A stretch of 64,000 bases of DNA from an uncultured Chloroflexia bacterium. Its GTDB lineage: Bacteria; Chloroflexota; Limnocylindria; Limnocylindrales; CSP1-4. The notes beneath the pieces are model-generated. The model searched no databases. It was not told the origin of the DNA and saw nothing but the letters and a program-made list of their open reading frames with translations. Shown piece after piece: positions 31,680 through 41,220 of the stretch. Location: positions 256,001 to 320,000 of the forward strand of contig CAVXPZ010000004.1 in the NCBI GenBank assembly GCA_963763775.1, written 5' to 3'. Position 1 is the stretch's first letter; each line of letters begins with the position of its first letter. The position numbers were made by a program, and so were the translations under genes.

Positions 31680-32510
31680 CTACCGGGCGAGGCCCACCGG
31701 CGGGCGTTCGCCACCGAAGGCGCCCGGCGTGACGCCGAGGAACCGCTTGAACCGGTGCGTCAGGTGCGCCTGGTCGAAGAAGCCCACGTCCGCCGCGACG
31801 TCGGCCAACGGGCGGCCATCGAGGATCCGCGTCCGCGCCAGGTCGAGGCGGCGGGCGACGAGATAGGCGTGCGGCGTGATGTGGAACGCCGCGACGAAGG
31901 CGCGCGTGACCTGCGTCGGGCTCGCGTCGAGTCGCCGGGCGGCCGCCGCGACGGTGACGGTCTCGGTGACGTGCTCGTCCAGGTAGGCGCGGAAGGCCTC
32001 GGCGAGATCGTCCGGTCGGTCCCGCCCGGGGCTAGTGCCCCCGTCCACGGCCCCGAACGCCTGCTGGATCCGCTCCGCCACGAACGCCAGGCGCGTCTCG
32101 GCCTCGAAGGCGTCGTCGACGCAGCCGAGGGCGTCATGGAGCCGCGAGACCTGGCGCCGCAGGCCCGGATCCGCGAGCACCGGCTGGTCCACCGCGCGAC
32201 CGACGAGCGCGTCCCCGATGACCGCCGGCTCCAGGTAGATCGCGCGCTTCTGGTAGCCGCCCGACCGCCCGGGCCGGCCGTCGTGGACGACGCCCGGCGG
32301 CAGCAGGGACACCATCGATGGCTCGGCGCCGCGCGCGTGGCGGTCGAGGTCGTAGGCGACGGATCCCTCGTCGACCAGGAACAGGGTCCACGTGTCGTGC
32401 GTGTGCGGCGGGTAGGCGTGGCTCGCGAACCGCGCCCGCAGCACCTCGCGGACGCCCGGCACCGGCGGACGCCACGCCCTGACGGAGTCCTCACCCTCGA
32501 CGGCGATCAC
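31680..32510 (-). CDS. AraC family transcriptional regulator
   Basis: HAYPPHTHD cupin; C-terminal VAADVGFFDQAHLTHRFKRFLGVTPG. Confidence 0.9.
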   Translation of the reverse strand: MIAVEGEDSVRAWRPPVPGVREVLRARFASHAYPPHTHDTWTLFLVDEGSVAYDLDRHARGAEPSMVSLLPPGVVHDGRPGRSGGYQKRAIYLEPAVIGDALVGRAVDQPVLADPGLRRQVSRLHDALGCVDDAFEAETRLAFVAERIQQAFGAVDGGTSPGRDRPDDLAEAFRAYLDEHVTETVTVAAAARRLDASPTQVTRAFVAAFHITPHAYLVARRLDLARTRILDGRPLADVAADVGFFDQAHLTHRFKRFLGVTPGAFGGERPPVGLAR

Positions 32511-32560
32511 CGCAGGATCGTACAAGACCTCGCGCGACAGACGCCGCCTACGGTGGCCCG

Positions 32561-33151
32561 GTGGAACAGCTCCTCGCACTCGTCGCGTTCTCGTTCGTGA
32601 GCTCGGTCACGCCCGGGCCGAACAACGTGCTGTTGTGGGCCTCGGGCGCCTCGTTCGGGCTTCGGCGGACGCTCCCGCACGTGCTCGGCACGGCGCTCGG
32701 GATCGGGGCGATGGCCCTGGCGGCGGCATTCGGTGCCGCGGCCGTCATCGCGGCCGTGCCGAGCGTCGCGACGCTGATGAAGGTGGCGGGCTCGATCTAT
32801 CTCGTGTGGCTGGCGTGGCGGATCGCTCGGTCCGGCGCCGTGGACCCGGCGGACACGGCCGCCCGCCCGCTCGGGTTGTTCGGGGCCGCCGGGTTCCAGA
32901 TGCTCAATCCGAAGGCGTGGATCTTCGCGCTCGGTGCCGTGACGACGTTCCGGCTCACCACGTTGCCGGCCACGGTGGGCAGCGGCGTCGTGGCGCTCAC
33001 GATGATGGCCGTGATCGTGCCGAGTGCGCTGCTCTGGGCCGGCGCGGGCGGCGCGCTCGGCCGGTTCGTCGAACGGCCGCGAACTCGCCGGATCGTGAAC
33101 CTCGCGCTCGCCGCGATGTTGCTCGCGACGGTCGGGCTGGTCTGGCTCTAG
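32561..33151 (+). CDS. LysE family translocator
   Basis: TPGPNN, YLVWLAWRI, QMLNPKAW; divergent from AraC. Confidence 0.9.
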   Translation: MEQLLALVAFSFVSSVTPGPNNVLLWASGASFGLRRTLPHVLGTALGIGAMALAAAFGAAAVIAAVPSVATLMKVAGSIYLVWLAWRIARSGAVDPADTAARPLGLFGAAGFQMLNPKAWIFALGAVTTFRLTTLPATVGSGVVALTMMAVIVPSALLWAGAGGALGRFVERPRTRRIVNLALAAMLLATVGLVWL

Positions 33152-33154
33152 GGG

Positions 33155-33544
33155 TCAGTCCCGCGGCTGCAGCACCGAGAGGATGTTCCCGGCCGGGTCG
33201 CGGAACCACGCGATGACCGGGCCGCTGTCGCCGCGGGCGATGCCCTTCGGATCGGTCTGGATGTACTCGTTGTCGTAGTGCTCCATCGTGACGCCGGCCG
33301 CGACCAGCGCGTCGACGGCCGCCTCGATGTCGTCGACGACGATATTCAGCACCGTGTAGCCCGCCGGCTGGTGGTTCGGCGACGGGTAGATGATGACCCG
33401 CTGGCCGCCCGCGCCGTGGATCTCGAGCAGGCCCATCTCCTGGGCGTCCCGGACGTCGAGGCCGAGCGTGCCTTCGTAGAACGAGCGAGCCGCCTCGGTA
33501 TCGACGACGGCGAAACTCGAGAACATCGCGTTGTCCTTGAACAT
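33155..33544 (-). CDS. VOC/glyoxalase family protein
   Basis: FSSFAVVD..FYEGTLGL..YTVLN..IAWFRDPAGNILSV. Confidence 0.88.
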   Translation of the reverse strand: MFKDNAMFSSFAVVDTEAARSFYEGTLGLDVRDAQEMGLLEIHGAGGQRVIIYPSPNHQPAGYTVLNIVVDDIEAAVDALVAAGVTMEHYDNEYIQTDPKGIARGDSGPVIAWFRDPAGNILSVLQPRD

Positions 33545-33578
33545 CGGTTCCTCCATTGATGTGGGCGGTGGCCGGGAC

Positions 33579-34771
33579 CTACGTCCAGGCCACCCGCCAG
33601 ACGCGCCAAAGAGCGGCGGGATCGGACAGGGGGTCGCCGTGGACGAGGGCGAAGTCGGCCGGCCCGCCCTCTCGGATGACGCCGGCCTCGGGCTCGCCGA
33701 GGAGCTCGCCGCCACGCCACGTGGCGGCCCCGAGGGCTTCCCACGGTGCCAGCCCGGCCGCGACCAGGCACTCGACCTCCCACGCGAGCTGGTTCGCCCG
33801 CGTCGAGCCACCGCCGAAGTCCGTCCCGGTCGCGATCGCGACGCCGGCGGCGTGCGCGAGCCGGACGCTCTCCTCGGCGCGTTCGCGTCGCACCGCGCCC
33901 GCGGCGCGGCGCTCCGGGTCAGTGAACCGCGGGATCGTCGTGGTCGTGCCGAAGACGCCCCACGACCGGAAGATCGCGAGCGTGGAGACCAGCGCGGTCC
34001 CCTTGCGCAGCCATCTCCGCGACAAGGTCCGCGTCGAGCTCCATGCCGTGCTCGAGCGAGTCCACGCCGGCCGCGACCCCGACACGGGCGCCGGCGATCT
34101 CCGAGGAGTGCGCCGTGACCTTGGAGCCGCGCGCGTGGGCGGCCACCACGACCGGCGCGACCTCCTCCGCGGTCCACGGGGCGACGCCCCGCTCCGGCCC
34201 GTCCAGGTAGAGCTTCAGGAAGTCGGCGCCGTCGTCGAGCTGGCCCATCGCGTTCCTGAGGAGCTCGTCGGCGTCGCTGGCCGCCACGACCCGCTCGCCC
34301 GGGATCGTCCCGGTCCGGTCCAGCCACGTGCCAGCGGCCCGGACCATCGGGTAGCCGGCTCGGCCGTGCCAACGGTCGCGGACGCCCAGGCTCAGGGCGC
34401 GGGTGCGGCCGTCCACGGGATCCGTGACGCGCGGCGCGCCGACGTCGCGTGCCCATCGGACGCCGGCCGCGGTCATCAGTCGGGCATTGCGCTCGGCGAC
34501 GTCGAGCATGCGGTCCACGGGGTCGTCGAGGCGCTCGAGCCAGTGCGCCCCGCCCGGCAGGGTCAGAGTGGCTGTGGCAGTCCACCAGGCCCGGGACGAT
34601 GGTCGAGCCGCTCGCGTCGACGACCTCTGCCCCTGGCGGGACGGGCCCCTCGTCGTCGCTCGGGCGGATCCAGGCGATGCGGCCGTCGGTGACGAGCACG
34701 CTCACGCCGACGTCGAGGCGATCCGATCGGCCATCGGCGGTGGCGCCGTCGCGATAGAGGGTGGTGGTCAC
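33579..34771 (-). CDS. Amidohydrolase family protein (frameshifts)
   Basis: PGLVDCHSH, GADFLKLY, VTAH, SLEHG, IATGTD, ADFALVHGDP. Confidence 0.85.
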
Positions 34772-34863
34772 CCGCGCATCCTACGCGCGACGGCCGTCCC
34801 GTCTCGCGCGCGACGCGCTCGCCGGCGTGTCAGCCTTGTCGCAGACACGGAGGAGGTGGCTGG

Positions 34864-35758
34864 ATGAAGATCGGGGTCAACGTCCCGCAAGGCTGGGTCG
34901 GCGAGTACGACGGCTGGGATCCGCTCGACGCGTGGCGACGGACCACGGAGGTCGCCCAGCAAGCCGACCGGCTCGGCTTCGAGTCGATCTGGCTGTTCGA
35001 CCACTTCACCACGGTCCCCCGCCCCACCGACGAGATCACGTTCGAGTCGTTCACGGCCCTCTCCGCCCTTGGCCGCTGTGACGACGCGCGTCCGCCTCGG
35101 CCACGTCGTGATCTGCACGGCGTTCCGCAATCCGGCGCTCACCGCGAAGATGATCTCGACGATGGATGCGATCAGCGGCGGGCGGATGGAGCTCGGCATC
35201 GGCGCCGGGTGGAAGCGCGACGAGTGGCGCTCCTACGGCTACGGCTTCCCCGAGACGAAGGAGCGGCTCGCACGGCTCGGCGACGACCTCGGCGTCATCA
35301 CGGCGATGCTCGCGGGGGACAAGCACGACCACGCGACGTACGAGGGCCCGTACGCGCAGGTCCACGACGCGATCAACGTCCCGAAACCCATCCAGCGTCC
35401 GCGCGTCCCGATCATGGTCGGCGGCAACGGACCCAACGTGACCTGGCGGCTCGCGGCGAGGTACGCGGATGAGCTGAACCTCGACGGGTTGTCGCCAGCC
35501 GAGGTCGCCGAGGCGCTCCCCGTGATCCGGGCCCGGTGCGAGGAGATCGGGCGGGACCCGGCCACGCTCCCGGTCTCGGTCCACCTGTGGGGCGAGACGA
35601 TCGCCAAGCCCGGTGCCTCGCGCGTCGCCGATCTCGCCGGCTACCGCGAGGTCGGCGTCAGCCGCGTCATGGGCCTGGTCTGGGCGTCGGCGACCAACGA
35701 CGAGGCCCTGGAGTCGCTCGCGGAGGACGCGCGCGCCGCGGGGATCGAGATCGGATAG
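34864..35758 (+). CDS. LLM-class flavin/F420-dependent oxidoreductase (frameshift ~35070)
   Basis: GFESIWLFDHF, RNPALTAK, GRMELGIGAGW, PIMVGGNG. Confidence 0.88.
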
Positions 35759-35840
35759 ACCCCGTCACCGGGCAGCCGAACGCCCGGCCGGAGGATCCGA
35801 CCGGGCGTCGACGGGCGCTGGGCGGCGTACCCGCCCGAGG

Positions 35841-36670
35841 CTACAGCTCGAGCTTGTCCATGCGCCACGTCGCGAAGGCGACGAGTGCGACCACCGCGAT
35901 CGCCCACGCGATCGGCGTGACGAACCCGGCATCGGCGCCGGCGCCCATGGCCGACGGCCCACGTGCAGGATCGAGGTCGGCAGGAAGGCCGAGACATCGA
36001 CTGGCAGCAGCCCCGCGAGCATCCCCGGCAGGAAGAACGCCGCGATCCCGATCGCCGCGACCGCGGCCTGGTTCGAGACGACGGTCGAGGCCGCGAGCAC
36101 GACCGCGACGATCGAACGCGACCGAGGCGGCGCATCCCGACCGCGGCGATGACGACGACGCTCGCGGACGAGCGTCCCGTACAGGACGGCCACGACGGCC
36201 GACGATCACGGCGAGCGGCACGATGCCGGCGACGATCGCGATCGACCACCGAGGCGGCGGCCCACTTCGAGAGCCAGATCGCGCCGCGCGAGACGGGCTT
36301 GGAGGCGACCCACGAGAGGGTCCCGCGGTCGCGTTCCGCGACGAGCAGGCTCATCGACGCGAAGATCGCGACGACGACGAAGATCTGCGAGCCGATGGCC
36401 GCCAGGAAGTTGTCGAGCGGGACGAGCGAGACGCTCTTGGGGACGGTCGCGCCTTCCGGCGACGTTGGCGATGATCCACGTGCGTGATGGCGCCGTTCGC
36501 CGCGGAGAGGACCATGAACAGGCGTCGTGACGATGAGGATCACCCACGGCCGCTTGCCGTGCGCCCACTCGCCGAGGTCCTTGCGGACCATCGGGCCGAA
36601 GCCCGATGAGGCGGCCGCTGGGCGAGCGCCCGGCGGTCCGGGCGGAGGACGAGACGATCGAGGCGGTCAT
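35841..36670 (-). CDS. ABC-2 type transporter permease (multiple frameshifts)
   Basis: Hydrophobic segments; ERDRGTLSWVASKPVSRGAIWLSKW; ends FATWRMDKLEL. Confidence 0.75.
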
Positions 36671-37632
36671 GCCGCACGCTCCTTGGTGTCGACGAGGCGA
36701 AGGAAGACGTCTTCCAGCCCGAGGCGGACGAGGTGGTTCTCGCTGACGATCAGGCCGTGGTCGACGGCGAAGCGGGTGATGCGCGGCCTGGACGGCGGTG
36801 GTGGCGCCCGGCTCGGATCCGGACGATGTAGGTGCGAAGCGTCGGCGTCGCGCTCGGCCGGCTCGACCGAGACGACGCCGGGGATCGCGGTCAGGGCGAC
36901 GGCGGTCGCGTCGTCGGCGCCGCCGAGGACGACCCGGAGCTGGTCCTGGTCGAAGCTCGCGAGGAGCTCGGCGGTGGGGGCGGAGCGGACGAGCCGGCCG
37001 CCATCGAGGATCGCGACGTGGTCGCTGACGCGTTCGACGTCGTCGAGGATGTGGGTGGAGTAGAAGACCGTGACCTCGCCCCGGAGTTCGCGCATCAGGT
37101 CGAGGACCTCGCGGCGACCGATCGGGTCGAGGGCGCTGACGGGCTCGTCGAGCAGGAGCACGGCCGGCGAGCCGACGAGGGCCTGGGCGATGCCGAGGCG
37201 CTGGCGCATGCCGCCGGAGTACGTGTCCGTCCGGCGGTCCGCGGCGTCGGCGAGGCCGACCCGGGCGAGGATGGCCGCGATCCGTGCCGTCGTCGGCCCG
37301 GCCCGTCGGCCGGATAGAGCGAGGCGACGAACCGCAGCGTCTCGCGACCGGTCATCCAGTCGTAGAACCGCGGCTCCTGGGCGAGGTAGCCGACCTCGCG
37401 CCGGTAGCCGGCGCCGGCGTGGACGGGGATCCCGGCGACCGACGCGCGTGCCGCTGGTCGGCTTGGTGAGGCCGGCGAGCATCTTGATGGTGGTCGACTT
37501 CCCGGCGCCGTTGGGGCCGAGGAAGCCGTAGATCGAGCCCGCCGGCACGTCGAGGGTGAGGTCGGTCAGTGCCGCCACGCCCGGGTAGTGCTTCGTGAGT
37601 CCGACCGTCGAGATGGCCGAGTCGTGTGTCAT
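36667..37632 (-). CDS. ABC transporter ATP-binding protein (frameshifts)
   Basis: GPNGAGKST, YSGGMRQRLG, LLLDEP, STHIL, LEDVFL. Confidence 0.9.
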   Translation of the reverse strand: MTHDSAISTVGLTKHYPGVAALTDLTLDVPAGSIYGFLGPNGAGKSTTIKMLAGLTKPTSGTRVGRRDPRPRRRRLPARGRLPRPGAAVLRLDDRSRDAAVRRLALSGRRAGPTTARIAAILARVGLADAADRRTDTYSGGMRQRLGIAQALVGSPAVLLLDEPVSALDPIGRREVLDLMRELRGEVTVFYSTHILDDVERVSDHVAILDGGRLVRSAPTAELLASFDQDQLRVVLGGADDATAVALTAIPGVVSVEPAERDADASHLHRPDPSRAPPPPSRPRITRFAVDHGLIVSENHLVRLGLEDVFLRLVDTKERAA

Positions 37633-37800
37633 CCGAGTGATCTCCGGTGTCGTGCGAACGGGGCGTTCGCGCTGACATCAGGTTCGGTCGCGAGGCGCCG
37701 GCGTCGTCGGTCCCTGGTCTCGAAGTCCGGTCGCCGCCTGGGTGCGGTCGCGGCGGTCAGCTCATCCCGCGGTATCGGTCGGGCGTCATCCCGACCTCCG

Positions 37801-38486
37801 TCACGCGTCGATCGAGCCTGGACGGATGAGCCCGGCCTCGTAGGCCAGCACGACGGCCTGGGCGCGGTCGCGCAGCTCGAGCTTGTCGAACAGGTGCGAG
37901 ACATGGGTCTTGACGGTCGGTTCGGCGAGCACCAGCTCGCTCGGCGATCTCGCGGTTCGACAGGCCGCGCCCGACGAGCTTCAGGACCTCGATCTCGCGC
38001 TCGGTCAGGTCTCGGAGGGCGGCGTTGCGCTCGTCGTTGACCGGCGGCAGCCGGTCGGCGAACCGGTCGAGCAGGCGTCGCGTGACGGCCGGGGCCAGGA
38101 GCGCGTCGCCGGCGGCGACGATCTTGATCGCGACGACGAAGTCCGCGGGCGTGACGTCCTTGAGCAGGAACCCGCTGGCGCCCGCGCGGAGGGCCTCGAC
38201 GACGTTCTCGTCGGCATCGAACGTGGTCAGGACGAGGACGCGCGTCGTTCGGTGCGACGCCGTCCTTGACGATCCGGCGCGTCGCCTCGATGCCGTCGAG
38301 GACGGGCATCCGGATGTCCATCACGACGACATCGGGACGCAGCCGCTCGGCGGCCGCCACGCCGTCCCGCCCGTCGGCCGCCTCGCCCACGACCTCGATG
38401 TCCGGCTGGTCGTCGAGGATCATCCGGAAGCCGGTCCGGACCAGCTCCTGGTCGTCGACCAGGATGACCCGGATCGGCTCGCTCAC
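37801..38486 (-). CDS. NarL/LuxR-type response regulator (frameshifts)
   Basis: [37 protein letters not shown] fragments. Confidence 0.88.
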
Positions 38487-39677
38487 GACGCGGCCGCCGG
38501 GCCGGGCTCGATCGGCAGCCGGGCGACGACCCGGAACCCGTCGGCGTCGGGCCGGTCTCGAGCTCGCCGCCGAACAGCGCCACGCGCTCGCGCATGCCGA
38601 TGAGCCCGCGACCGCCCGGGTCCCAGCTCACCGAGGTCGCGGTGGCCCGACCCACCCTGGTCGGTGACCTCGATCTCGAGGGCGCGGGGCTCGTAGCCGA
38701 GGCGGACCCGTGCCCGCGCGCCGCGGGCGTGCTTGAGCGTGTTGGTCAGCGCCTCCTGGACGATGCGGTAGGCGGACAGCTCGACCCCGTCATCGAGCGG
38801 CCGGCGCTCGCCGTCGACCGAGAGCTCGACGGCAGACCGGCCGCGCGGACCTCCTCGATGAGCTCGCCGAGGCGGGCGAGGCCGGGCATGTGGCTCGCGC
38901 GCGGCGCTCGCCGCGTCGGCGACGGCGTCGCCCGAGGATGCCGAGCATCCGGCGCATGTCGGTCAGCGCCTGGCGGCTGGTCCGGTCGATCGCCTCGAGC
39001 GCGGACTTCGCCTGTTCGGGCCGCTGGTCGAGCGCCGGTCAGGCCGGCACCGGCCTGGATGACGATCACGCTCACATGGTGCGTCACGATGTCGTGCAGC
39101 TCACGGGCGATCCGCTCGCGCTCGTCCTGGACGGCGCGCCGCGCCCGCTCGTCGCGGTCGGCCTCCAGGATGCGGGCGTTCTCCTCGATGGCGGCGGTGT
39201 AGCGGCGACGCGTCCGGACCCAGTCGCCGAGCGCCCAGATCACGCCGACCGCGAGCATCGTCGAGATCATCCCGGTCAGGGCGCCGACGAGGCCGACCTT
39301 CGCGGCGGTGAGCCCGATGAACGAGCCGGCCATGATGATCGCGGCCGGCGCCGAGACGCGGCGGTCGTAGCGCTCCGCGACCGTGAACAGCGCCACGAGC
39401 GACCCGAACCCCTCGTTGACCGAGATGCCGGTCGCCATGGAGGCGTGCAGGACGGTCGCCCCGAGGCTCACGGCGAACACCGGGAGGGCCATCGCCGGCG
39501 GAAGACGAGCGGCAACGACTCCATCAGGAGCAGGAAGACGCTCAGGGCCTCGCGACTGCCCGTGGATGGGTCGCCGCTGGCCACCGAGACGAGCGAGAGC
39601 CCGGCCAGGCTGACGGCGATGAACCCGTCGACGACCAGGGGGTTGGCGGCGATGGTGCGCCGCAGGTTCGTGATCAC
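38483..39677 (-). CDS. Sensor histidine kinase HisKA_3 (frameshifts)
   Basis: TM segments; ERERIARELHDIVTHHVS; GLIGMRERVALFGG. Confidence 0.88.
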
Positions 39678-39897
39678 GACCGTAGCCTACGGTGCGGACC
39701 AGCGCCGGCACATCGTCCTGCGGGGTGATTCCGCACCAAGACCCCGGGATGAGACACGGGTCGACGCGCACGAGTCGACGAGAGCCGCACAATCGGCGGA
39801 GGTACCGGTCCCGGGTGGCCCGACTAGGCCTCTGGCGCCGGCGCGTGCGGGCCCCGTACGCTGTTGCGGTCGGTCAACACCGTCCCCGGTGGAGGCC

Positions 39898-39973
39898 GAT
39901 CGACAATGGCAAACCCGTCGCGAGGCGGGGACGCAAAGCCACGGGCCTCTCGCAGGTAGCCGGGCTGCCGATC
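39898..39973 (+). ncRNA. c-di-GMP-I (GEMM-I) riboswitch aptamer
   Basis: GATCG-ACAAT-GGCAAACCCGTC-GCGA-GGCGGGGACGCAAAGCCACGGGCCT...AGGTAGCCGGGCTGC-CGATC; P1 GATCG/CGATC, GNRA loop, G20- and C92-equivalents present. Confidence 0.92.
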
Positions 39974-39985
39974 AGGAGGTGGACC

Positions 39986-40093
39986 GTGGAGGTCCAAGGC
40001 TCCACGCGCGTGCGGGTCGCCGTTCGCGCGGTCCTGAATCTCGGCCTGGTGGTCGCCCTCGTGCTTGCCACGGCGGCGAACTTCCACGGCTGA
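39986..40093 (+). CDS. 35-aa hydrophobic small protein under the riboswitch
   Basis: SD AGGAGGT at 39974-39980, GTG at 39986: MEVQGSTRVRVAVRAVLNLGLVVALVLATAANFHG*. Confidence 0.7.
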   Translation: MEVQGSTRVRVAVRAVLNLGLVVALVLATAANFHG

Positions 40094-40099
40094 AACGCC

Positions 40100-40133
40100 G
40101 ACGGCCGTCGGGCTTCGTCCCGGCGGCCGTTTC
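40100..40133 (+). terminator. Hairpin after small ORF
   Basis: GACGGCCGTCGGG-CTTCGT-CCCGGCGGCCGTT followed by TC. Confidence 0.65.
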
Positions 40134-40274
40134 GCGTCCTCCGCGGCCACGTCCGGCCTCTTGCGACAGGTTGCAGATCGGGGCTATCCAGAACGCCGAT
40201 CATGGGGTAGGCTTGACGAGTAACCGCTGCGGCAAATGTGTCTGCAGCACAAAAACAGCACTCGACGCAAACGC

Positions 40275-40334
40275 GGACTCCTCTCTCGACTGACGCGAGA
40301 ACCCACGGGATCGCGCCGGGAGCAAGAGGAGTCT
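40275..40334 (+). promoter_or_regulatory. RBS-sequestering structured leader
   Basis: GGACTCCTCT (40275-40284) pairs with AGAGGAGTCT (40325-40334), which contains the SD. Confidence 0.55.
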
Positions 40335-40338
40335 CTCT

Positions 40339-40692
40339 TTGTTCAACGATAAGAATCTGACCTGTGCGGACTGTGGACAGGAATTCGTGTTCACCGCGTC
40401 CGAGCAGGACTTCTACAGCCAGCGCGGCTTCACCGAGCCGCGCCGGTGCCCCTCCTGCCGCGCCAGCCGCAAGGCTGCCCGCGACTCGGGTGGTGGTAGC
40501 TCGTACGGCGGCGGGTACTCGTCCGGCGCCGGCAGCTACGGTGGTGGCGGTGGCGGCGGGTACGACCGCGGCCCCCGCGAGATGTTCGCGGCGACCTGTT
40601 CGTCCTGCGGCAAGGAGGCTCAGGTCCCCTTCCGCCCGACGAGCGGCAAGCCCGTCTATTGCAGCGACTGCTTCCGCAGCCAGCGCGGCTAA
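40339..40692 (+). CDS. Zinc-ribbon / CxxC-x17-CxxC domain protein with Gly-rich linker
   Basis: DKNLTCADCGQEFVFTASEQDFY..EPRRCPSCR; REMFAATCSSCG..VPFRP..PVYCSDCF. Confidence 0.92.
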   Translation: MFNDKNLTCADCGQEFVFTASEQDFYSQRGFTEPRRCPSCRASRKAARDSGGGSSYGGGYSSGAGSYGGGGGGGYDRGPREMFAATCSSCGKEAQVPFRPTSGKPVYCSDCFRSQRG

Positions 40693-40821
40693 CCAGATCC
40701 TCTTGCGCGGGCCGGTGAACGGCCCGCAACCAGCGTGATCTCCGACCCGGGTCGTCAGTCGACCCGGGTCGATCGAATTCCCGGGCCGGTCAGCACCAAG
40801 GCGTGCCCGAGGTAGGGGGCG

Positions 40822-41220
40822 TCAGCCGGCCCCGGTGAACGGTGGCTCATCCTCCCTGAGCGGGCGGAAACGGAGCCCCGACCAGACCTCGTCGACGGCG
40901 ACCTGCGTGATCGGCCGCATCCCGTACGCGGCGACCATCGGCCAGAGGCTGTCGCGGTTGATGTCGGCGCGGTTGCCCTTCGGATAGGCGATCCAGAACA
41001 CCGGGACACGGGCCAGGTCCGACGCGTGCTGCTCGAGGGCAGCGCGGGCCGCGTCGCCGTCCGGGGCGAACACGACCGCGACGTCGCCGTCGGCGAGCGA
41101 CTCGACGACAGCCGCGCCAGCCGGCAGCGGCATGATCAGGGCCTCACGGGCCGGGTCGGAGAGCCACACGCGCGTTCCCGGCTTGATCAGGAGCTTCGCC
41201 GCGACGGGTCGATCGCTCAC
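40822..41220 (-). CDS. DUF3052-like protein
   Basis: VAAKLLIKPG..FWIAYPKG..DINRD..QVAVDEVWSGLRF. Confidence 0.75.
   Translation of the reverse strand: MSDRPVAAKLLIKPGTRVWLSDPAREALIMPLPAGAAVVESLADGDVAVVFAPDGDAARAALEQHASDLARVPVFWIAYPKGNRADINRDSLWPMVAAYGMRPITQVAVDEVWSGLRFRPLREDEPPFTGAG

Noticed and set aside
27921-32600. Very long ORFs such as 27921..32600 (+), 16516..19536 (-) and 21155..23806 (-)
   Set aside because: Antisense shadow ORFs of real genes, expected in very GC-rich DNA; the translations are Arg/Gly/Pro-rich with no domain motifs.
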